Of a stretch of 10,050 bases of DNA, positions 1-7,299 are shown piece after piece. The stretch covers positions 1 through 10,050 of the forward strand of contig NW_021827633.1 in the NCBI RefSeq assembly GCF_006345805.1. The letters run 5' to 3'. Position 1 is the first letter of the stretch, and every line of letters starts with the position of its first letter. This DNA comes from Octopus sinensis (lineage: Eukaryota). The notes beneath the pieces are model-generated. The model ran no database searches, was not told where the DNA came from, and saw nothing but the letters and a program-made list of their open reading frames with translations. Made by a program: the position numbers and the translations under genes.

Positions 1-858
1 AAAACCAAAGTTTTTGTAAGTAAGGAGGATGAAAAATCACAAACCACTTCGGGTAGATGGCCCTGCTCAATCTTTAGAAAATGCATAGGTAGAAACTCCA
101 TATGATGTACCCGATGTAATCAATGGACACATAAAAGGTGCAGCAATATCAAAGGAAGGTTAACTGGGAAGATAGTTTTTGTGCATTAAACACTGAAGAT
201 TAAACACAGGAGCATTAAACACTGAATACGTACAGAAAACATATTCCATCACATGTAAGGAGGGAATACTAGAAGTAGTTGATATCTTCCGCTAACTAGG
301 CAACCAAATCTGTAGTGGGGTGGTTGCTCTGACATTGTCATGGCTAGAATAAGAATAGCCTGGGAAAAGTTCAGAGAGCTCCTATTTTTGCTGGCAACTA
401 AGGGCCTCTCACTCAGGGTGAAAGGTAGACTGTATGATGCATGTGTGCGAACTGCCATGCTACACAGCAGTGAAACATGGGCTATGAATGTAGAGGACAT
501 GCGTAGGCTTGAAAGAAATTAAGCTAGTATGGTCCACTGGATGTGTAATGCCAGTGTGCATATATGACAGAATGTAAGCACCCTGAGAGAAAAGTTGGAC
601 ATAAGAAACATCAGATGTGGTGTGCAAGAGAGACGACACCGCTGATATGGTCATGTGTTACATAAGGATGAGCACAGTTGTGTGAGGAAGTGCCACACCC
701 TAACTGTGGAAGGAACCTGTGGTAGAGGTAGACTCGGGAAGACATATGATGAGGTGGTGAAGCATGACCTTTGAACACTGGGCCTCATAGTGGCAATGAC
801 AGGAGACTAAGACCTTTGGAGATATGCTGTGATTGAGAAGACCTGGCAACTGAAGTGA
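1..858 (+). pseudogene. Disrupted RTE ORF2 remnant (RT motifs 6-7, PHD insert, C-terminal domain)
   Basis: Multiple in-frame stops (e.g. 103-105, 520-522) and frameshifts; ends ACC TGG CAA CTG AAG TGA at 841-858, homologous to EKTRQDK* of copy B. Confidence 0.88.
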
Positions 859-999
859 GATCACTGCCATGGCCGATGCCAGTGTTGCCTGTCCAGTCCA
901 TTTAAGAGAACCCTTGATGCGTTGGGTGATATGCTATGCTTGAGAAGTCCTGTTGAGTCAAGTAAAACTAAAATTGTAGCTGTGCCCAGTGCCTCCTGA

Positions 1000-1243
1000 C
1001 TGGCTCCTGTTCCCGTGGCACATAAAATGCACCATCTGAACATGGTCTATGCCAGTGTCCTCTCACTGACTCTCATGCTGGTAGCATGTAAAAAACACCA
1101 TCTGAACGTGGTCAATGCCAGGTCTGCCTAATTGGCTCCCATGCTGGTGGAGCATAAAAAACATCATCCAAACGAGGTTGATGCTAGTACCCTCTGACTG
1201 GCTCCCGTATCAGTGGCACATAAAAAGCACTATCTGAACGTGA
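1000..1243 (+). repeat. Degenerate ~66-bp tandem modules (about 4 copies) in RTE copy A 3' UTR
   Basis: Motif TGGCAC(A/G)TAAAAAGCACCATCTGAAC-like at 1016, 1082, 1148 and 1214, spaced 66 bp apart. Confidence 0.85.
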
Positions 1244-1400
1244 TTGATTCACGTCTTTGCATGTATCTATATGTGTGGGTGTTTGTTGGTGCGCCAATGC
1301 TCGTGTCCCCTTCGCAAGCGAAAAACGAACCCATTTCAATTCGAAACTCTCCCGTCGGTTTTATATGACGCAGGGGAAGTGATTCTAGATGTTATTTTTT

Positions 1401-1470
1401 ATACCCTCCAGCCTTCATCAGGTGTCTTGGGGAAATTTGAAACCTGAGTTCACATTCCTAAGGTATTTTT
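1401..1470 (-). mobile_element. Penelope-like element terminal-repeat fragment with the 5' half of a minimal hammerhead ribozyme
   Basis: Minus strand reads ..AAATTTCCCCAAGACAC-CTGATGA-AGGCTG-GAGGGTAT; CTGATGA (1421-1415) is the hammerhead core. The sequence matches my recollection of an abundant octopus PLE terminal repeat. The CAGCC-GAAA half needed downstream is absent. Confidence 0.55.
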
Positions 1471-1495
1471 AAGTACCTGTATCTATAGTTATATT

Positions 1496-1527
<32 letters not shown>
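1496..1527. repeat. (CT)n microsatellite
   Basis: Directly visible, one interruption. Confidence 0.95.
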
Positions 1528-1553
1528 ACTCGCACACATATATGTATATATAC

Positions 1554-1566
1554 AGATAGATAGATT

Positions 1567-1620
<54 letters not shown>

Positions 1621-1628
1621 CAGACAGA
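1554..1628. repeat. (GATA)n microsatellite ending in (GACA)
   Basis: Directly visible run of agat units. Confidence 0.95.
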
Positions 1629-1704
1629 GAAGTATAAACACAAGTAGTGTGTATGTTCATACACTTCTTGTGCGCCTGTATGAATAGCAGACAATAACAA
1701 AAGA

Positions 1705-2020
1705 AAATCCAAAAAATTAACGAGAAATATCATAGAAGCCAGAATATTTTTTGTCTTTGGAAAAGGTGAAGATATATTTATGCCTCACTTAAGTTTAATA
1801 CCTTCAAATATTCCCTTCGAACTCAAACGACTTCAATTTCCAATACGTCAGTCTCTTGCGATGTCCATTGATAAGTACCAAGATCAGACATTCAAAGTTA
1901 CTTCTTTGCAATTAAAGAAGGCTTGTTTTTCACACAGACATATCCTGGGGTTCCAGTGTGGGGAGCAAAGACAATTTTTTCATTTTCACCCCTACAGGTA
2001 AAACTCAAACCAATATCTGT
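1705..2020 (+). pseudogene. Helitron RepHel Pif1-family helicase C-terminal remnant
   Basis: Frame from 1711: KKLTRNIIEARIF..GKGEDIFMPHLSLIPSNIPFELKRLQFPIRQSLAMSIDKYQDQTFKV..L..ACFSH, then after a frameshift near 1945 GSSVGSKDNFFIFTPTGKT. This fits the Helitron/Pif1 pattern IPRIxLxPSxxPFxFKRxQFPvRlaFAMtInKsQGQt..FSHGQLYVxxSRV. Confidence 0.9.
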
Positions 2021-2284
2021 TTGGACGTTTTTAGCATGGGATCAACGGACAAGATTTGCAGAATGAATAAAAACTTTAAATTGAATTTGTCAACGCAACA
2101 CTATATTCGCATAAGAAAATGTGTTTCTATTTTTTGGTTGTTGTAATACTGAAGTTCAATAATTCCGTTGTGTCTGGAGAGAATCATTTTCTTTTTGTGC
2201 CTTATTATGTAAAACACTCACCGGTAAAATTCCCACTTTTTTCTTATTTTTATTGTCCTAAAATTTTCGTTGCGTCTTGCAACC
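2020..2284 (+). mobile_element. Unclassified interspersed repeat end (Helitron 3' region or a TA-flanked DNA-transposon terminus)
   Basis: 2202-2284 recurs inverted at 5565-5630 and ends ..GTTGCGTCTTGCAACC directly against (TA)n. Class not determinable; the left boundary is uncertain. Confidence 0.5.
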
Positions 2285-2304
2285 TATATACATATGTATG
2301 TATG

Positions 2305-2339
<35 letters not shown>

Positions 2340-2345
2340 ATATAT
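2285..2345. repeat. (TA)n/(TATG)n microsatellite
   Basis: Directly visible. Confidence 0.95.
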
Positions 2346-2349
2346 CATC

Positions 2350-3036
2350 ATCAACAGAATCTCCAAGGCAAGCAGCGCGTTTGGGAGACTGCGAAAGAAA
2401 GTCTGGGAGCGGAGAGGAATCAGCCTCAACACCAAGCTGAGAGTCTACCGGGCAGTCGTGCTTACCACCCTACTATACGGTTGCGAGACGTGGACTGCTT
2501 ACCGAAGTCACGAGCGCCAGATAAACTACTTCCACCTCAGGTGTCTTCGGAATCTCCTTCACATCCGCTGGCAGGACAAAGTCCCAGACACGGAAGTTCT
2601 GAAGCAGGCAGATCTCCCTAGCCCAGCTGAGATGGGCGGGCCACGTCTCCCGCATGTCCAACACTCGCATCCCAAAACAGCTCTTCTACGGTGAACTCAG
2701 CCAGGGCAAACGCAAAGTCGGAGGGCAGAAGAAGCGCTTCAAGGATAGTCTCAAGGTCTCTCTCAAAGACTTCTCCATCGGCACAGAGACTTGGGAGACA
2801 CTTGCTGCCGACCGCTCATCCTGGCGCAGCGCAATCACCACAGGAGCAAAGACAGCCGAGGAGAGACGGATTCAGTCAGCAGAGCAGAAACGCCAGATGC
2901 GGAAAGCCAGAGCCGCCTGCACCAGTAGCACGCCCCTACCACTTCTGCCTCTGCCCCACCTGTGGGAGGGGGCTTCCTTGCCCGGATTGGCCTCACCAGC
3001 CACCTCCGGTCTCATAGCGGCAGTTCCACCAGATGA
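2350..3036 (+). pseudogene. RTE ORF2 C-terminal remnant with C2H2 zinc finger (CPTC-x12-HLRSH, 2952-3015)
   Basis: No internal stops in the element-matching frames. Frameshifts occur at ~2620 (deletion between LPS and QLRW), ~2935, and an extra G at ~2970-2972. Stop TGA at 3034-3036. Confidence 0.88.
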
Positions 3037-3070
3037 TGTAAGTGGTCATCTCAAACCCGAAGGATGAACA
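2350..3070 (+). mobile_element. Second RTE-clade LINE family (GC-rich, C-terminal C2H2 finger), 5'-truncated, 3' end apparently present
   Basis: INRISKASSAFGRLRKKVWERRGISLNTKLRVYRAVVLTTLLYGCETWT..FHLRCLR..I.WQDKVPDTEVL..QLRWAGHVSRMSNTRIPKQLFYGEL..GKR..GGQKKRFKDSLK. Short 3' UTR ends GAAGGATGAACA against (TA)n. Confidence 0.92.
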
Positions 3071-3080
3071 TTATATATAT

Positions 3081-3117
<37 letters not shown>

Positions 3118-3142
3118 GTATATATATATATATATATATTAT

Positions 3143-3176
<34 letters not shown>

Positions 3177-3220
3177 ATATGTTATATATATAATATATGT
3201 ATATATATATATAATTATGT

Positions 3221-3252
<32 letters not shown>

Positions 3253-3390
3253 ATATATATATATATATGTATATGTATATATATAAGATATATATATATA
3301 TATATATATTATAATATATTATATGTATATAATATATATATAATATATATATATATAATATGTTCCCATGATATATATATATATATATAT
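3071..3390. repeat. Long imperfect (TA)n microsatellite
   Basis: About 320 bp of TA with scattered G substitutions and a TGTTCCCATG island at 3361-3370. Confidence 0.97.
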
Positions 3391-3676
3391 CATCATCATC
3401 ATCATCGTCGTTTAACGTCCGTTCTCCATGCTAGCATGGGTTGGACGGTTCGACCGGGGTTCTGGGAAGCCAGAAGGCTGCACCAGGCTCCAGTCTAACT
3501 GGCAATGTTTCTACAGCTGGATGCCCTTCCTAACGCCAACCACTCCGTGAGTGTAGTGGGTGCTTTTTACGTGCCACCTGCACAGGTGCCAGGCGGGGCT
3601 GGCAACGGCCACGGTCAGATTGGTGTATTTTATGTGCCACCGGCACGGAAGCCAGTCGAGGTGGTGCTGGCATCGG

Positions 3677-4139
3677 CCACGGGTCGGATAGTGCTTTTTA
3701 CGTACCACCAGACCAGGGATCCTGGCTGGTTCAATTCGATTTCGATTTCGATTTCGCTTGCCCCAACATGTCTTCACAAGCAAAGGGGGTTGGCATGGGT
3801 GCCTGTCGTACGGTCGCATTGGAGTATTTTACGTGCCACGGCCACGAGTCGGATAGTGCTTTTTACGTACCACCAGACCAGGTATCCTGGCTGGTTCAAT
3901 TCGATTTCGATTTCGATTTCGCTTGCCCCAACATGTCTTCACAAGCAAAGGGGGTTGGCATGGGTGCCTGTCGTACGGTCGCATTGGAGTATTTTACGTG
4001 CCACGGCCACGAGTCGGATAGTGCTTTTTACGTACCACCAGGCCAGGGATCCTGGCTGGTTCAATTCGGTTTCGATTTCGATTTCGCTTGCCCCAACATG
4101 TCTTCGCAAGCATGGGGGGTTGGCATGGGTGTCTGTCGT
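3677..4139. repeat. 165-bp tandem repeat, about 2.8 copies, in RTE copy B 3' UTR; contains (TTCGAT)3
   Basis: CGTACCACCAG starts at 3701, 3866 and 4031 (period 165). I see only two differences between units 1 and 2; unit 3 is more diverged. Confidence 0.95.
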
Positions 4140-4222
4140 CGGATGAGGTTCTATATCGACTTCGCTTGCCTCAACCAGTCTTTGTGTCCAAGGGAGGAAA
4201 GGCATTCATAAGTGGGCTGGGC

Positions 4223-5304
4223 TCACTTGTCCTGCCTGGTCTTCTCACGTACAGAATATTTCCAAAGGTCTCGGTCTCTGGTCATTTCCTCAGTGAGGCC
4301 TAAAGTTCGAAGGTCGTGCTTCACCACCTCGTCCCAGGTTTTCCTGGGTCTACCTCTTCCACGGGTTCCCTCAACTGCTAGGGATTGGCACTTTCTCACA
4401 CACCTATCTTCATCCATTCTTGCCACATGACCATACCAGCGCAATCGTCTCTCTTGCACACCACAACTGATGCTTCTCTTAGGTACAACATTTCTCTCAA
4501 GGTGCTAACGCTCTGTCGAGTATGTACACTGACATTACACATCCATCGGAGCATACTGGCTTCATTCCTCACGAGCTTACGCATGTCCTCAGCAGTCACG
4601 GCCCATGTTTCGCTGCCATGTAGCATGGCTGTTCGTACACACGCATCATACAGTCTGCCTTTTACTCTGAGCGAGAGGCCTTTAGTCACCAGCAGAGGTA
4701 AGAGCTCCCTAAACTTTGCCCAGGCTATTCTTATTCTAGCAGTTACACTTTCAGCACACCCACCCCCACTACTGACTTGGTCACCTAGATAACGGAAGCT
4801 ATCAACTACTTCTAGTTTTTCCCCCTGGAAAGTGACGGAAGTTGTTTTCTGCAGATTTTCGGTGGTTAATGCTCCCGAGCATCTGCCACATACAAAAACT
4901 ATCTTCCCAGTTAGCCTACCTTTGACATTGCTGCACCTCTTATGTGTCCATAGCTTACATTGGGTACATCTTATAGTTTCTACCTACACCTTTTCTACAG
5001 ATCGAGCAGGGGCATCTTCCTGAAGATATTTGTGGATTGTCTACCTTTCTACTTATTAGTACTTTGGTTTTAGCTAGGTTGACTCTAAGGCCCCTTGATT
5101 CTAAACCCTCCTTCCACACCTGGATTCTCCTCCAGTTCTGATAGTGACTCAGCAATAAGAGCAAGGTCGTCAGCGTAGAGGAGCTCCCAGGGACAGCCTG
5201 TCTTGAATTCCTCCGTAATTGCCTGGAGTACTATGATAAATAGGAGGGGGCTGAGTACTGAACCCTGGTGGACCCCAACCTCTACTTTGAATTCTTCTGT
5301 GTAC
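4223..5304 (-). pseudogene. RTE reverse transcriptase remnant (motifs 4-7, PHD insert, C-terminal domain)
   Basis: Pieces at 5085..5306, 4955..5164, 4396..4689 and 4223..4459 in the ORF track join into one ORF2 through several frameshifts. Confidence 0.92.
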
Positions 5305-5317
5305 ATATATATATATC

Positions 5318-5377
<60 letters not shown>

Positions 5378-5564
5378 ATATGTGATATATATATATATAT
5401 ATGTATATATTATATATATATATGTAGTATATATAGATGTATATATATATAGGTATATTAATATGTATATATATATATATGTATATATATCGTTATATAT
5501 ATATGATATATATATATATGTATATATATATATTATTATATATATATAATATATAATATATATA
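5305..5564. repeat. Long imperfect (TA)n microsatellite
   Basis: Directly visible, about 260 bp. Confidence 0.97.
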
Positions 5565-5630
5565 GGTTGCAAGTGCAATAAAAATTAGAAAAAAAGTGGG
5601 AATTTTACCGGTGAGTGTGTTATATTATAA
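5565..5630 (-). mobile_element. Second, shorter, inverted copy of the unclassified repeat terminus at 2202-2284
   Basis: 5590-5618 is the exact reverse complement of 2214-2242 (29 nt), and both copies share CTTGCAACC|TATA at the TA junction. Confidence 0.75.
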
Positions 5631-5633
5631 CAT

Positions 5634-5757
5634 CCGAAAGATGAAAGGCAAAGTCGACGTCTGCGGAATTTGAACCCAGAACGTAACGCAGACGAAATAC
5701 CTATTTCTTTACTACCCACAAAGAGCTAAACACAGAGGGGACAAACAAGGACAGACA
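5634..5757 (-). mobile_element. tRNA-derived SINE fragments (octopus-type), tail of one unit joined to body of the next
   Basis: Minus strand: ..TTTGTGGGTAGTAAAGAAATAG|GTATTTCGTCTGCGTTACGTTCTGGGTTCAAATTCCGCAGACGTCGACTTTGCCTTTCATC. B-box-like GGTTCAAATTCC lies at 5676-5665. Family assignment is from recollection of octopus SINE sequence. Confidence 0.75.
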
Positions 5758-6926
5758 GAGAAAGTCTTTGACAGGATCCCCCAATCCCTTATCTAGTGGG
5801 CAAGGGGAAACTGGGGTTGACAAATGGTTAATAAGGGGTATACAGGCCCTATACAGAGTAGGGTTAGTATTGGAAATGAGTATAGTGAAGAATTCCGGGT
5901 AGAAGTAGGGGTCCACCAAGGATCAGCCCTCAGCCCCCTCTTATTCATCATAGTCCTCCAGGTAATAACAGAGGAATTCAAGACAGGTTGCTCCTGGCAA
6001 CTCCTCATAGCAGAATCACTACCAGAACTAGAGAAGAAACATCAAGTGTGGAAGCCAGGTTTAGAATCGATGGGCCTTAGAGTCAACGTTGTAAAGACCA
6101 AAGTTCTAGTAAGTAGGAAGGCGACCACATCACACACCCCTTCAGGTAGGTGGCCTTGTTCGACCTATAGAAAAGGTCTGGGTAGAAACTCCATAAGATG
6201 TACCCAGTTTAAGCTATGGACACGTAAGAGATGCAGTAATATCAAAGGGAGATTAACCAGGAAGATAGCTCTCACATGCAGCAGATGGACAGGGGCATCA
6301 ACACCACAGATGCTCTGAAAACAGATTCCATCACATGCCAGGGAGAGAAACTAGAAGTAGTTGATAGCTTCCGCTAACCTAGGTGACCAAGTCTGTAGTG
6401 GGGAGTGGATGCTCAGAGAGTGTTAACCGCTAGAGAATAAGAATAGCCTGGGCAAAGTTCAGAAAGCTTCTACCCCTACTGGTGACAAAGGGTCTCTCAC
6501 TCAGAGTGAAAGGTAGATTGTATGATGCATGTGTGCAAACAGCCATACTTCATGGCTGCTGAAGACATGTGTAGGCTTGAAAGAAATGAAGCTACCATGA
6601 TCCACTGGATGTGTAATGCCAGTGTGAACACATAACAGTGTGTAAGCTCCCTGAGAGATATGTTAGACATAAGAAGTATTGGATATGGCGTGCAAGAGAG
6701 ACGTTTGCATTGGTATGGTCATGTACTATGGATGGACAAGGAGAGCTGCGTGAAGAAGTGCCACTCCCAAACAGTGGAAGGAATCCGGGGTAGAGGTAGA
6801 CCCAGGAAGATATGGGTTGAGGTGGCGAAGTATGACGTTTGAACGTTGGGCTTCACAGAGGCAATGACAAAAGACCGAGACCTCTGGGTGTATCCTGTGA
6901 CTGAGAAGACCCAGCAAATAAAATGA
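5758..6926 (+). pseudogene. RTE reverse transcriptase remnant lacking the YADD catalytic motif
   Basis: SWQLLIAES here versus PWELLYADDLALIAES in copy B. Multiple stops and frameshifts; terminal TGA at 6924-6926. Confidence 0.9.
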
Positions 6927-7084
6927 GTCCACAGCTGTAACCTACACCAGTGTCGCATAACCAGCCCACTCAAAAGTACCTTGGATCGTAGGGTGACATG
7001 CCATGCTTGAGGAGATCTATTGAGTCAAGTACATCAACATCAACAGCAATATCAAAATTAAATCAAATGGAAATTGTAGTTGTG

Positions 7085-7245
7085 AACCCCTTGCTGGTAG
7101 CATGTAAAAAGCACCATCCGGACGTGGCCAATGCCAGTGCCGCTTTGACTGAATTCTGTACTGGTGGCATGTAAAAAGCATCATCCGATTGTGATCAATG
7201 CCAGCTCCTCTGGCTCCTGTGCCAGTGGTACATAAAAAGCACCCA
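7085..7245 (+). repeat. Degenerate ~61-67-bp modules (3 copies) in RTE copy C 3' UTR
   Basis: TRG(C/T)A..TAAAAAGCA(C/T)C motif at 7098, 7165 and 7226. Confidence 0.8.
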
Positions 7246-7299
7246 CTATGCTCTGACTTGTTGGCATAAGGAAGGGCATCCAGCTGTAGAAACACTGCA

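Larger units (their letters stand above)
1..1243 (+). mobile_element. RTE-clade LINE, copy A (PHD-containing family); enters from the left edge, 3' end truncated
   Basis: Translation from base 1: KTKVFVSK..SGRWPCSIFRKCIGRNSI*CTRCNQWTHKRC, then ARIRIAWEKFRELL..KGRLYDACVRTAMLHSSETWA..RGR..KT..VKHDL, typical of the RTE ORF2 C-terminal half. It is colinear with copies B and C. The 3' UTR (859-1243) lacks the terminal block and the (GAT)n tail seen in copy B. Confidence 0.92.
3389..5304 (-). mobile_element. RTE-clade LINE, copy B (PHD-containing family); 5'-truncated, complete 3' end with (GAT)n tail
   Basis: Minus strand: [42 protein letters not shown] (YADD at 5177-5166), KTKV, PHD finger, DSFRYLG, ERRLRWYGH..RGRGRPRKTW..EKTRQDK* (stop at 4223). 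The 3' UTR ends ..GGACGTTAAACGAC(GAT)5 at ~3389. Both ends abut (TA)n. Confidence 0.95.
5758..7299 (+). mobile_element. RTE-clade LINE, copy C (PHD-containing family); truncated at both ends, heavily decayed
   Basis: Starts at RT motif 3 (EKVFDRIP), then [59 protein letters not shown]. The 3' UTR has three motif modules and the terminal block GTTGGCATAAGGAAGGGCATCCAGCTGTAGAAAC (7260-7293), with no tail. Confidence 0.93.

Noticed and set aside
1000-1243. CRISPR-like look of a conserved motif with ~66-bp spacing (also 3559-3710, 7098-7243)
   Set aside because: The spacers are homologous to each other, the repeats are degenerate, the context is a eukaryotic LINE 3' UTR, and there are no cas genes.
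1401-1430. Functional hammerhead ribozyme
   Set aside because: The GAAA core and the 3' arm of stem II are missing; reported only as a remnant.
3042-3498. ORFs rich in I/Y (3042..3314, 3217..3498; likewise 1458..1733, 5282..5578, 7953..8174)
   Set aside because: They are translations of (TA)n, (GATA)n or (CA)n microsatellites, which lack stop codons by composition.
3505-4211. 213-aa and 147-aa ORFs with 55-aa repeats as a novel repeat protein
   Set aside because: They are antisense to an RTE 3' UTR and explained by a 165-bp tandem unit; there is no splice or domain support.
5634-5700. tRNA gene
   Set aside because: Only a B-box-like motif is present; no A-box or cloverleaf, and the context is a SINE body.
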